Shown here one piece after another: positions 50,181-59,815 of a stretch of DNA of 63,897 nucleotides. Where the stretch lies: positions 1 to 63,897 of the forward strand of contig JBIOXB010000208.1 in assembly GCA_044869275.1 (NCBI GenBank), in the 5' to 3' direction. The position numbers and the translations under genes were made by a program. How positions within the stretch are numbered: position 1 is the stretch's first letter; each line of letters begins with the position of its first letter. Under the pieces are notes generated by a model, which did not search any database, had not been told where the DNA came from, and was given only the letters and a program-made list of their open reading frames with translations. This stretch comes from a bacterium (GTDB lineage Bacteria; Zhuqueibacterota; Zhuqueibacteria; Zhuqueibacterales; Zhuqueibacteraceae).

Positions 50181-51008
50181 ATGAGCAAAGGCCAGACGCT
50201 TCACCTGAAAACCGTTGGTGTATTCCTTTTGATATTGACCAGCGCCTTTGCGTTAAGCCGCACCGGCTATTCTTGGGCCACCTGGAAACCCGCGACGTGC
50301 ATGCCCGAGCGCTGCTTCTGCGAAGCCATTCGCCCTGGTACAATCGCCCAGCCGGCAAACACTTGGTCGTCGTTTGGTTTCGTTGGGGTGGGATTGATGA
50401 TTCTGAGAGGGCGCAGGCGTGAGTTGGAGCCAAGCTCCACCTCCCTCAATCCCATGATCCAACAATCCATTTATGCAAACCTCTACGGGCTCGCGCTGAT
50501 TCTCGTCGGACTCGGCAGCGCGTTTTATCATGCCTCGCTCACGCTGGTGGGGCAATTTTTCGATGTGATGGGCATGTATCTGCTGGCGAGTTTTATTCTG
50601 CTGTACAATCTCTCCAAAGTTTCCCGCCTCGTGCGCAAGAACTTCACGTCTGTATATTCTGCGCTGAATCTTTTGCTTGCGGCTACGCTGCTGGGGCAGC
50701 CGCACTGGCGGCGCTACCTTTTTGCCATTTTGATACTGGCGGCTCTGCTGCCCGAGTATTTTTCTCGACAAAAAGTGCGTGTGCACTTCAGTGCCAAATT
50801 CCTGCTCGCCGCGCTGGCGACGTTGCTGATCGCATTTGTGATTTGGGCGCTGGACCTCAACCGCGTATTCTGCCAGCCGGAAAGCTGGTGGCAGGGCCAT
50901 GCGTTTTGGCATGTGCTCGGCGCGGTGGCGGCGGGATTATTATATAAGCATTATCGCATGGAGCAATTCTCGATACTCGCGAGAGATTCATTCCGAGCAC
51001 AGACATAG
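50181..51008 (+). CDS. Ceramidase-like (CREST superfamily) membrane hydrolase
   Basis: FCE..QPANTWS, SAFYHAS, DVMGM and HAFWH, with about 7 TMs. Confidence 0.85.
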   Translation: MSKGQTLHLKTVGVFLLILTSAFALSRTGYSWATWKPATCMPERCFCEAIRPGTIAQPANTWSSFGFVGVGLMILRGRRRELEPSSTSLNPMIQQSIYANLYGLALILVGLGSAFYHASLTLVGQFFDVMGMYLLASFILLYNLSKVSRLVRKNFTSVYSALNLLLAATLLGQPHWRRYLFAILILAALLPEYFSRQKVRVHFSAKFLLAALATLLIAFVIWALDLNRVFCQPESWWQGHAFWHVLGAVAAGLLYKHYRMEQFSILARDSFRAQT

Positions 51009-51031
51009 CTGAGACGAATAGACCGAGGCTA

Positions 51032-52087
51032 TCATTCTCCGTATTTCACTCCGGCAAGCTGCCGTTGCAGATATTTTGCCAAAACCGCGTGGCCGCGCGG
51101 TGAAAAATGAATACCATCGCCATAACGATAGAGCGTTGCCGTTTCACCGCCGGTAGTGCGCAAAAATTCCGTCGCGTCATGGATAGGAATGCCTGAGTTT
51201 TGTAAAGCCGTGTGCATAACACTTTGTGGCAGCCGATCGCCATTCTCTGCGCGCAATTGATATTGGTAGGGGAGAAGCACGATCTCGAAGCGCACATGGC
51301 TTTGCCGGGCGAGAGCGTGAATGTGCCGCAAGTCCCGCAACGCCGTCTGCAGACACGATTCTCCTGCGGCATAGAAACTCCGGTCATGCAGATAATAGTC
51401 GCGGCTGCGGTCAAAAAGAAATGCCTTCAGCCATTGATACGTATAATAGTGCAGCTTGATAAATCTCAGCAGGCCGCCGGAAACCTGGCGCACCGTTTGC
51501 CCCGGCGCATGCAGAGCGCTGGCGCCTTCATAGGCGTCGTTCAAACACCAGAACAGCGTCAGGCGTTTGAAGTGAAACGAACAGTTACCTTTGGCAAGAG
51601 GACCGCGTAACAAGCCTTCGGCAACCGTACGGTAATCAGTGGAAGTATAGCCAATCAAAGCCGCGTTGAGGACGTTGAAGGAATCCGCTGCAGCCGCCAA
51701 TCTGCCGGCAAAAGTGGAATCCGGCTCGACGCCCATGCCCATGGTCACGGAATCTCCGAACAATAGCCATGAAGGCTTGGTCGAGTCGAAAGCCACGGCA
51801 TATTTCCAGAAGCCGTAGCGATCGACGCGAAACTCAACACCGCAACTCATGCCCACCGCATTGGGTTTCGGCGCGGGTGTATTCAGGTATGCGCTCGGCG
51901 CAATGAGATTTCCATCCGTGCCCATGGAAGTGATTTCAGGATGGAAAATCCGCACACCGATCTCGATCACCAACAAAATCGCTGCCGCCACGATGACATT
52001 GAGCAGGATGGTCTTGAGGATGCGACCGGTGCGCCGGCCGGCAAGGAGCCAATTCGGAAGAACGGGAAGCGATTCAGGCTTGTACAT
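51032..52087 (-). CDS. SGNH/GDSL hydrolase family protein
   Basis: FGDSVTMG, CLND and DGIHFSPRGH, with an N-terminal TM. Confidence 0.87.
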   Translation of the reverse strand: MYKPESLPVLPNWLLAGRRTGRILKTILLNVIVAAAILLVIEIGVRIFHPEITSMGTDGNLIAPSAYLNTPAPKPNAVGMSCGVEFRVDRYGFWKYAVAFDSTKPSWLLFGDSVTMGMGVEPDSTFAGRLAAAADSFNVLNAALIGYTSTDYRTVAEGLLRGPLAKGNCSFHFKRLTLFWCLNDAYEGASALHAPGQTVRQVSGGLLRFIKLHYYTYQWLKAFLFDRSRDYYLHDRSFYAAGESCLQTALRDLRHIHALARQSHVRFEIVLLPYQYQLRAENGDRLPQSVMHTALQNSGIPIHDATEFLRTTGGETATLYRYGDGIHFSPRGHAVLAKYLQRQLAGVKYGE

Positions 52088-52183
52088 AACTTCGATTCAA
52101 AATGGACCTGCTGACACAGGGCTGTCACAGGAGGTGCTTAAATTTGCGTACGCGAGTATGGCTTGTGGATGATTGCAGCGATG

Positions 52184-52519
52184 CTAAGTGAGTTTCAGCA
52201 TCAATTTTTTCAATCTCCGGCGATAACTGAAATGCTCGACTTCGACATAATGCCGCGTCGAATCCAGATACGTGATGCCGGGATAGCTTTCCGGCATGGG
52301 AAAGTTGGTGTATTCCGTCAAAGGCTTGGATGAGATCAAGTGCGTGGAGCGATAGACGCTGCTATGCGGCTTGCCATAATACCAATTGCCGCCGACGTCG
52401 TCCTCGGCTTCGATCACTTCGAAGCGAATGCCATAGTGTTTCAAGTTTTTTGCCGCGACCAGTCCCGACGAGCCCGCGCCGATGATGCAGTACGCTGCGG
52501 TGCGATCATTTTTTCCCAT
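52184..52519 (-). pseudogene. Flavin-containing monooxygenase remnant with a large internal deletion
   Basis: FAD motif IIGAGSSG, GGNW and YRSTHLISSK..FPMPESYP joined directly to a C-terminus-like segment. Only 111 aa. Confidence 0.75.
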
Positions 52520-52685
52520 GCGAGCGCTCCCTCCTTTCCCGCGAAACGAAAGAAACAAGCCAGAACCTTTTTCGAAAAAGAAGATATTTTGAAATTGGCA
52601 GAGAGGCAAGCGCGAAGTAGTTTTGCGGGACCTGAAGCCGGGGTTTCTCGATAATTGCGAACATAATTCCTCCACGACTCACCTC

Positions 52686-52714
52686 TTGACGGTGACACGG
52701 AATTTGATTATAAT
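52686..52714 (+). promoter_or_regulatory. Sigma70-type promoter of the exporter operon
   Basis: TTGACG-N17-TATAAT. Confidence 0.65.
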
Positions 52715-52764
52715 CATTTTGATTCTTTTGACATAGTTTTCAAATCTTTGTGAGGCGGTTTTTC

Positions 52765-54003
52765 ATGGCAGACAATTTATCCGACTTGGCGAAATTGCGC
52801 ATCGATCGCGGCAGCAGGCCCGCGTCTGAAACAAAATCACGCGGCCGGAGCTGGCTTTATGTGTTGGGGCTCGCGGCCGTTGCCGTCATCGGCATCTTGT
52901 TTTTTTGGTCCCGCGGCGGATTGAGTTCGAGTGTTGAAGTAGAAGCCCATACGATCAACGCCATTTCGCCTTCGCAGGCCGATGCGGTATTGACAGCCAG
53001 CGGGTATGTCGTGGCGCAGCGCCAGGCGGCAGTGGCTTCCAAGGCGACGGGACTCCTGGTCTATCTCGGCGTGCAAGAAGGCGATCAAGTGCAGCAAGGG
53101 CAAATTCTCGCGCGCATCGAAGACAACGACGTGCGCGCGTTGTTGGCGCAAGCACAAGCGAATCTGCGCTACGCGCGGGCCAACTGGGAGAGCGCCAAAG
53201 CCGAGCTGGCGGACGCCACGGTCAATTACGAGCGCATGCAAAAGCTGGTGGCCGAACTGATGGTGCCGCGTTCGGAGTTTGATGCTGCCGAGGCACGCTA
53301 CAAGCGCGCGCATGCGAACGTGGCCGCAAGCGAAGCGGCGATCGGCGTGGCAGAGGCCGCCGTCAAAAATGCAGAAATCGCGGTGGAAAATACCAATATT
53401 CGTGCGCCATTCGACGGCACGGTTTTGACCAAGAATGCGGATGTCGGCGAAATTGTCGCGCCCTTTGGCGCCTCCAGCACGGCGCGCGCGGCAGTGGTCA
53501 CGATTGCGGATATGGCTTCTCTGGAAGTGGAAGCCGATGTGTCAGAATCGAATATCGAGCGCCTGAAGCCGGAACAGCCGTGCGAGATCGTGTTGGATGC
53601 TTATCCCGGCACGCGTTATCCCGCCGTCGTGGGCAAGATCGTGCCCACGGCCGACCGCGCCAAGGCCACGGTCATGACCAAGATCAGATTCCTGCAGCGC
53701 GACAATCGCGTTTTGCCGGAAATGAGCGCGAAGGTGACGTTTCTTTCGCAACGCACCGAAGCGGCCAGCATGACCAGCGAGAAAAAGACTGTGATTCCGC
53801 TCACCGCGCTGGCCGAGCGCAACGGCCAGAAAGTGGCGTTTGTCTTGCGTGATGACACGGTGGCGGAAACCCCGGTGGAATTAGGCCAGACTTTGGGTGC
53901 GCTGCGGGAAGTGTTGCGCGGCGTATCGGTGGGCGAACGCGTCGTGGTCAATCCGCCGGCAAACTTGACCACGGGTATGAAGGTGAAGTTGAAGGCGAAG
54001 TAG
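52765..54003 (+). CDS. Efflux periplasmic adaptor (MacA/HlyD-like)
   Basis: LTASGYVVA, lipoyl halves around a coiled coil, IRAPFDG and LEVEADVSE. Confidence 0.92.
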   Translation: MADNLSDLAKLRIDRGSRPASETKSRGRSWLYVLGLAAVAVIGILFFWSRGGLSSSVEVEAHTINAISPSQADAVLTASGYVVAQRQAAVASKATGLLVYLGVQEGDQVQQGQILARIEDNDVRALLAQAQANLRYARANWESAKAELADATVNYERMQKLVAELMVPRSEFDAAEARYKRAHANVAASEAAIGVAEAAVKNAEIAVENTNIRAPFDGTVLTKNADVGEIVAPFGASSTARAAVVTIADMASLEVEADVSESNIERLKPEQPCEIVLDAYPGTRYPAVVGKIVPTADRAKATVMTKIRFLQRDNRVLPEMSAKVTFLSQRTEAASMTSEKKTVIPLTALAERNGQKVAFVLRDDTVAETPVELGQTLGALREVLRGVSVGERVVVNPPANLTTGMKVKLKAK

Positions 54004-54066
54004 ACAACAGCGTGTAACGTGTAAAATGGCTTTCCGGTTCTAAGACCAAATTCATGGGGGTGAAAG

Positions 54067-54456
54067 ATGGCTTCAACAAAGTTTCGTTTTGATTTTGAGC
54101 GCTTGGAGACTTATCAAAAGGCTTTTCGACTGAATTGCGAGGTTTTCCGACAAAGCTTGAAATTCCCGCGGCTTTATCAGTCCTCTCTCGGCGACCAACT
54201 CCGGCGAGCGGCTTTATCAATTCTCACGAATCTTGCCGAGGGCAGTGGCCAAGATTCCCGTTCTCTGAAGAAACGCTATTACAAATACTCGTATAATTCG
54301 GCGCGAGAATGTATTCCGATTATTGCTTTGGCTTGCTCCCTGGATACACTCACGAAAGATGAACATCAAAAGCTGAGAGATGATTTCATCAGAGTCATTC
54401 AAATGCTGGCCAAGCTCGTAAAGAGCACAGAGAGCAAAGGCAAAAAAGCCCAGTAA
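54067..54456 (+). CDS. Four helix bundle protein (23S rRNA IVP / bAvd-like superfamily)
   Basis: FDFERLETYQKA, LGDQLRRAALSILTNLAEG and SAREC. Visibly lower GC than its neighbours. Confidence 0.92.
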   Translation: MASTKFRFDFERLETYQKAFRLNCEVFRQSLKFPRLYQSSLGDQLRRAALSILTNLAEGSGQDSRSLKKRYYKYSYNSARECIPIIALACSLDTLTKDEHQKLRDDFIRVIQMLAKLVKSTESKGKKAQ

Positions 54457-54543
54457 AGCATATCGAATTAAACGTTACACCTTACACCTTACACGTTACA
54501 CAATCGTATAAGTTGGCCAATTCTTGAAAGGATCAAATTCCTC

Positions 54544-55212
54544 ATGAACATCGTCGAAGTGCGCAACGTTTCGAAATCCTACAGCCGGGACAGACTGAAA
54601 ATTCCGGTGCTGGAGAATATCAATCTCGACGTGCCGGCGGGAGAGTTTTTGGCGTTGATGGGGCCTTCGGGCTCGGGCAAATCAACCTTGTTGAATCTGA
54701 TCGCCGGCATCGATCAGCCTGACACCGGCTCAATCAAGGTCGCGGACGATGAAGTCACGACTTTGACAGAATCGCAACTGGCGGAATGGCGCGCACATCA
54801 TATCGGCTTCGTGTTTCAGTTTTACAACTTGATTCCCGTGCTTACCGCGTATGAGAACGTCGAATTGCCGCTGTTGTTGACCAAGCTTTCCAAGCAAAAG
54901 CGTGAGGAGAATGTGAGGATCGCGCTCAACGTCGTGGGCTTGAGCGACCGCTTGGATCATTATCCCAAGCAACTTTCCGGCGGCCAGCAGCAGCGTGTGG
55001 CCATCGCGCGCGCGATCGTGACCGATCCCACCTTGATCGTCGCCGACGAGCCCACCGGGGACTTGGACAAGCACTCCGCGACCGAGATTTTGGCTTTGTT
55101 GGAGCGTTTGAACCAGGAATTCAAAAAATCGATCATCATGGTGACGCACGATCAGCGCGCCGCGGAAAAGGCGCACACCGTGCGCCATCTGGACAAAGGT
55201 GAATTGGTATGA
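54544..55212 (+). CDS. ABC transporter ATP-binding protein (LolD/MacB-type)
   Basis: [33 protein letters not shown] and VTHD. Confidence 0.94.
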   Translation: MNIVEVRNVSKSYSRDRLKIPVLENINLDVPAGEFLALMGPSGSGKSTLLNLIAGIDQPDTGSIKVADDEVTTLTESQLAEWRAHHIGFVFQFYNLIPVLTAYENVELPLLLTKLSKQKREENVRIALNVVGLSDRLDHYPKQLSGGQQQRVAIARAIVTDPTLIVADEPTGDLDKHSATEILALLERLNQEFKKSIIMVTHDQRAAEKAHTVRHLDKGELV

Positions 55213-56375
55213 AGATTTTCAAGCTGATTTTCAAAAACGTCTGGCGCCACAAGTTACGCACGGTTTTGACCATGCTGGGAATTGCCGTAGCCTTGTTGGC
55301 TTTCGGCTTAATCCGCACCGTGATCAGCTCCTGGTATGCGGGCGTCGATGCTTCCGCGCAAAATCGTTTGGTGGTGCGCAGCGCGGTGTCGCTGATTCAG
55401 CCGTTGCCGCTGGCGTATCGTGAGCAGCTGGCAAAAGTGCCGGGCGTGAAATCCGTGGGTTATGCCAATTGGGTCGGCGCCTATTACGGCGATCCCAATA
55501 ATTTCTTTGCGAATTTTGCGGTCGACGAAGCTTATCTGGAAATGTATCCGGAATTGGTGGTGCCGCCCGAGCAAAAGCAGACGTACCTCAAAGAGCGCAA
55601 CGCGTGCATTGTGGGGAAAAAGCTCGCGGATCGCTTCGGCTGGAAACTGGATCAAGCGGTGACGCTCACCGGCACGATTTTTTACGGCGAATGGGAGTTT
55701 GTGATTCGCGGCATCTACACTGGCGGCCAGCCCAGCACGGATGAAACGCAATTTCTCATGCACTGGGATTATTTGAACGAGCGCGTGCGCGAGCGCACGC
55801 CCGGACAAGCAGATAATGTGGGTTGGTATATGCTGTTGATCGACAATCAAGCCAATCCCGCAGCGATTTCCGACGTGGTCGATGCCATGTTCAAAAACAG
55901 TTACGCCGAGACCAAAACCGAAACCGAGCGCGCCTTCCAGCAGAGTTTTGTCTCCATGTCCGGCGCGATTCTGGCGGCGATGGAGGCGATTTCTTTCGTG
56001 GTGGTGTTCATTGTGTTGCTCGTGCTCGCCAATACCATGGCCATGACGGCGCGCGAGCGCATGTCGGAATATGCCGTGCTGAAAACGCTCGGCTTCCGGC
56101 CGTTTCATATTGTCGGTTTGATCGGCGGCGAGTCGTTGCTGATTGCGCTGGGGGGCTTTGTCCTCGGTTTGGCGCTGATGATCTACGTGTGCAACGGTTT
56201 TGCGACGTTTCTAACCTCGAATCTCGGCAATTTTTTCCCGGTGTTTGAATTGAAAAACCTCACCATTCTCCTGGCTTTCATTTCTGCGATTTTGGTCGGC
56301 CTCTTCGCCGCGTTCTTTCCCTCGTGGCGTGCGGTGGGCATGCGCATTGCGGATGGATTGCACCGAGTGGCGTGA
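55209..56375 (+). CDS. ABC transporter permease (MacB/FtsX family)
   Basis: RHKLRTVLTMLGI, ERMSEYAVLKTLGF and FPSWRA. Confidence 0.92.
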   Translation: MKIFKLIFKNVWRHKLRTVLTMLGIAVALLAFGLIRTVISSWYAGVDASAQNRLVVRSAVSLIQPLPLAYREQLAKVPGVKSVGYANWVGAYYGDPNNFFANFAVDEAYLEMYPELVVPPEQKQTYLKERNACIVGKKLADRFGWKLDQAVTLTGTIFYGEWEFVIRGIYTGGQPSTDETQFLMHWDYLNERVRERTPGQADNVGWYMLLIDNQANPAAISDVVDAMFKNSYAETKTETERAFQQSFVSMSGAILAAMEAISFVVVFIVLLVLANTMAMTARERMSEYAVLKTLGFRPFHIVGLIGGESLLIALGGFVLGLALMIYVCNGFATFLTSNLGNFFPVFELKNLTILLAFISAILVGLFAAFFPSWRAVGMRIADGLHRVA

Positions 56376-56376
56376 T

Positions 56377-56483
56377 TCGAAGTTCGAGGATGGAAGATCG
56401 AAGATAGTTTGAAATCCTTAAATCCCATCCCGTTTTTGCGATTCTCTATCTTCGATCTTCTATCTTCAACCTTCTATCTTCGA
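56377..56483. repeat. Inverted heptamer array, CNATCYT family
   Basis: TCGAGGA TGGAAGA TCGAAGA ... CTATCTT CGATCTT CTATCTT CAACCTT CTATCTT. Confidence 0.8.
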
Positions 56484-56518
56484 AGATGATTCACAGAGAA
56501 TTGGAAATAAGGGCAAAT

Positions 56519-57688
56519 ATGAAAATCCCCTCCAGCTACAGCTTTCGCAATCTTTGGACGCGGCGCGTGACCACGGTGTTGACTCTGCTCGGCGTGGCCC
56601 TGGTCGTTTTCGTTTTTGCCGCGGCGCTGATGTTGTCCGAAGGCTTGCGGCAAACGCTGGTATCGACCGGCGTCGACGACAATGTCATCGTCATTCGCCG
56701 CTCCTCCCAGGCCGAAGTGCAGAGCAGCGTCGCTCGCGAACAAGCGAATATCGTCAAGACCCAGCCGGAAGTGGCGCTCAACAGCGCGGGCAAGCCGTGG
56801 GCGACGAGCGACGTCGTGGTCTTGATTTCCATGCCCAAGCGCGGCACAAACGAGCCCACGAACGTCGTGGTGCGCGGCGTCTCGCCGGAGGCGTTGGAAT
56901 TGCGGTCGCAGCAGGTGAAATTGACCCAGGGCCGCATGTATGGCCAGGGCATGCAGGAACTGATCATCGGCAAGTCGATCCAACAGCGCTTTCAGAATTG
57001 TGACATCGACGGCACGCTTCGCATGGGCGGCACGGACTGGAGAATCGTCGGCATTTTCGACGGCGGCCGCACCGGCTTCGATTCCGAAGTCTGGGGCGAT
57101 GCCGACGTGATCATGCCCGCGTGGCGCCGGCCGGTGTTTTCCTCCGTTACCGTGCGCTTGAAAAATCCCAACGAGTTTGACGCGCTCAAGCAGAGGTTGG
57201 AGAGCGATCCGCGCATGATTGTCGATGTCAAGCGCGAGAAACAATACTACGACGAACAATCGAAGTTCATGAGCATCTTCATCAACATTCTTGGCACCGT
57301 GGTCACATTCATCTTCAGCTTCGGGGCGATGATCGGCGCGATGATCACGATGTACGCTGCGGTGTCGAATCGCACGCAGGAAATCGGCACGCTGCGTGCT
57401 CTGGGCTTCCGCCGGCGCAGCTTGCTCGGCGCGTTTTTGACGGAAGCGATTCTTCTCGGCTTGCTGGGCGGCCTCGCCGGCATCGGCATTGCCTCGCTGC
57501 TGCAATTTCTCACCATCTCCACCACGAATTGGAATACCTTTTCAGAATTGGCGTTTAGCTTCAGGCTTTCGCCCCCGATCGTGGTGCAAACGCTGATTTT
57601 TGCCCTGATCATGGGATTTGTGGGCGGGTTCCTGCCCGCGGTGCGCGCTTCGCGGATGAAGATTGTGGAGGCGCTGCGCACGGAGTGA
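56519..57688 (+). CDS. ABC transporter permease (MacB/FtsX family)
   Basis: RNLWTRR, RTQEIGTLRALGF and LPAVRASRMKIVEALR. Confidence 0.92.
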   Translation: MKIPSSYSFRNLWTRRVTTVLTLLGVALVVFVFAAALMLSEGLRQTLVSTGVDDNVIVIRRSSQAEVQSSVAREQANIVKTQPEVALNSAGKPWATSDVVVLISMPKRGTNEPTNVVVRGVSPEALELRSQQVKLTQGRMYGQGMQELIIGKSIQQRFQNCDIDGTLRMGGTDWRIVGIFDGGRTGFDSEVWGDADVIMPAWRRPVFSSVTVRLKNPNEFDALKQRLESDPRMIVDVKREKQYYDEQSKFMSIFINILGTVVTFIFSFGAMIGAMITMYAAVSNRTQEIGTLRALGFRRRSLLGAFLTEAILLGLLGGLAGIGIASLLQFLTISTTNWNTFSELAFSFRLSPPIVVQTLIFALIMGFVGGFLPAVRASRMKIVEALRTE

Positions 57689-57806
57689 GCGACCACCGTG
57701 CCCGCAGATAAGGAATTCTTGCTTGTGAGAGATCACATTTGTATCTTATTTGTAAAGAGATTCGTCTTCTCCAAAATGCTTGGGTACTCCATTTTCGAGC
57801 TGAACC

Positions 57807-58176
57807 ATGACTACCACGATCGAAATTCAGTTGCAAAAGGATCTGCTGGATTTTCTTGAACGCTATTCCCGAGAAAGAAATCGCCATCGGGATGAAATTA
57901 TCGCGGATGCTCTTCGCCTATTGCATGCCGATTGGGAATTGGAGAAGGGCTATTCCGACGACAAAGAAGAGGCGTTGGCATTCGCAGAAGCAGTCTTGCC
58001 GATTTTTCCATATCAAAGCAGTAAAGCAAACCGGATTGGATCGCGATTCGATGGCTAAAACAAGCCAGTTGCTCACGATCGCCCAAGATCGGCTGCTCAA
58101 ACGTCTTGGAAAGATTGACCCACAGGTCGTCAAAGTTCTAAATGGCGCGTTAAAGAAGAGTTTGTCTCTCGATTAA
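57807..58176 (+). pseudogene. Degraded type II toxin-antitoxin locus: RHH antitoxin fused to a MazF/PemK toxin remnant
   Basis: RHH-like ORF 57807-58058 (RDEIIADALR..LEKGY) runs into IFPYQ. A PemK-like C-terminus TGLDRDSMAKTSQLLTI..RL..RLG continues in another frame to 58176. Confidence 0.7.
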
Positions 58177-58267
58177 GATTGATTTTAAGACAATTTCCAG
58201 TCATTCATGTGCAACACAACCATCCACTTATTTTGACATCTTCTTCCTCTTATCCTAATCCACACCA

Positions 58268-58740
58268 TCACAACGGCCCGAGCTGCGCAATGTCGTAGCC
58301 ATGTGGATAGGTCCGGTTGGGAATGTCCGTGAAGAAGCGCGCTTTCTTGCGTGGCGGCAGGAAGCGCACGAATTTGCCTCGCGCCCTCAAGGCGATACGC
58401 GCCAGCTTCGGCATGAAGGCAAACGGCCGTGAATCCAATTCATGCGCGCCAGCGCCTGGCCGCCGCGCTCGCTGTCATATCCCCATTTGCACATCTCCGC
58501 AACGATGAGGGCGGTGTCGTCGTAGCGGCGTTGCGGCCGCTGGCGAAACTCTCCTGTTCGGTCGAGCAATGCCGAAATGCTGGGCACGCAGTAGGTGCGG
58601 TAGAGCGCGATTTCCAGGGCCCGGAGGGTGTCCCAGGGGAATTCGTAACCCGCCGAGAGATGCTGAATCTCGACATGATCATGCAACGGATCGAGTTTCT
58701 GTATATGGTGGAGCCGGTCAAAACGTCCCGTGAAAAGTTT
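58268..58740 (-). pseudogene. Oxygenase MpaB-family (DUF2236) remnant with internal deletion/frameshift
   Basis: EFPWD..ALEIALYRTYCVPSIS..RRYDDT..RMNWIHGR, then in another frame a C-terminus LPPRKK..RTYPHGYDIAQLGP*. No ATG at the expected 5' end. Confidence 0.75.
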
Positions 58741-58783
58741 CCTGCCAAAGGGTCGGGATGAAAACTGAAGGTCTTCGAGCAGC

Positions 58784-58867
58784 AAAGCTTTAGCCCACGG
58801 AAATGGAACTCCCACTGAAATGAAAAGCTTCTTTCCGTGGGATTTCCATTTTCGTGGGCTGAACTTT
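58784..58867. repeat. REP-like long imperfect palindrome
   Basis: AGCCCACGGAAATGGAACTCCCAC ... GTGGGATTTCCATTTTCGTGGGCT. Confidence 0.7.
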
Positions 58868-58949
58868 CAGAATTCTATTCTATGTTAGATTCTTTAAAGG
58901 CCTACTCCACCGCCTCCGCAGCATCCTTCCCGCTGAATTCTTCAGTATG

Positions 58950-59235
58950 TCACGACAGCGCCGCGACCAGCCCGGCGGTATCGCCGTACTCGCGGAACTT
59001 CGCCACTTTGCCGTCTTTGAACACGAAGAACATGGCGACTTGCACCACATGGGACTTGCCCGTCTTCTTCACTTTGGCGGTATAATCCACGATCGCAAAA
59101 ACACTGTCGTTTTGCGCCACGAACTCGCGTGGCTCGAATTGTGTGAAGTCGTAAGCCTGCGCAACTTTCTCAAAAGACTTTCCAACCTCAGCCTTGCTCT
59201 TGTGCGGGCCGGCTTGTGGAATGATCGCAAGAACC
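58950..59235 (-). pseudogene. SnoaL/NTF2-like protein fragment, 5' truncated
   Basis: Manual translation IPQAGPHKSKAEVGKSF..FEPREFVAQND..KKTGK..FKDGKVAKFREYGDTA..*. No in-frame ATG before the upstream stop. Confidence 0.7.
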
Positions 59236-59317
59236 GGGTTGAGCTGGTAAGCTCTGCTGCGTATATTAGCGATGAAGATTACGACCTCACCGCGTCAGTA
59301 TCACAGGAGATCGAACA

Positions 59318-59800
59318 ATGTCCTTGAAGATTTTGCCTCTCCCCACCGATTTTTTGAATCGTGTTCGCCAGCGCGGCCTCGACGATCAAGATCAGCCGGT
59401 GCAGCGATCCTATTCCGCAGAAGGCGGCGAGCCTTGCCGTGATGTCTTGCGCCGGGCCCGTCCCGGCGAAGAAGTCATTCTCGCCAGTTTCTGTCCATTT
59501 TCACAATCAGGGCCGTTCAAAGAATTCGGCCCCATTTTCGTTCTCGCGCATCCTTCTAACGAACCAGTCGTGCGCGAGGCACTTCCCTTGCCGCAGGGCA
59601 AGCCGGAAGATTATTTCGGCCACCAATTCGTTCTGCGCGCATACAATCGCAACGAAGAAATTATCGATGGCGCGCTGGTGAGCGCAGCAGAAGCGAAAGC
59701 GACCGCAGAACGCTTTCTGCAGGCGCCGGAAGTCGCTTTCGTGCACGCACGCTTTCCGGTGTATGGCTGTTTTGCCTGCCGCCTGGAGCGCTCTGAGTGA
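59318..59800 (+). CDS. DUF1203 domain-containing protein
   Basis: GEPCRDVLR, PFKEFGPIFV, LRAYN and HARFPVYGCF. AGGAG RBS. Confidence 0.85.
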   Translation: MSLKILPLPTDFLNRVRQRGLDDQDQPVQRSYSAEGGEPCRDVLRRARPGEEVILASFCPFSQSGPFKEFGPIFVLAHPSNEPVVREALPLPQGKPEDYFGHQFVLRAYNRNEEIIDGALVSAAEAKATAERFLQAPEVAFVHARFPVYGCFACRLERSE

Positions 59801-59815
59801 AAACACTCAATGCCC

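Noticed and set aside
54067..54456. Diversity-generating retroelement suggested by the Avd-like fold
   Set aside because: No reverse transcriptase and no TR/VR pair with adenine-specific mismatches were seen in the window.
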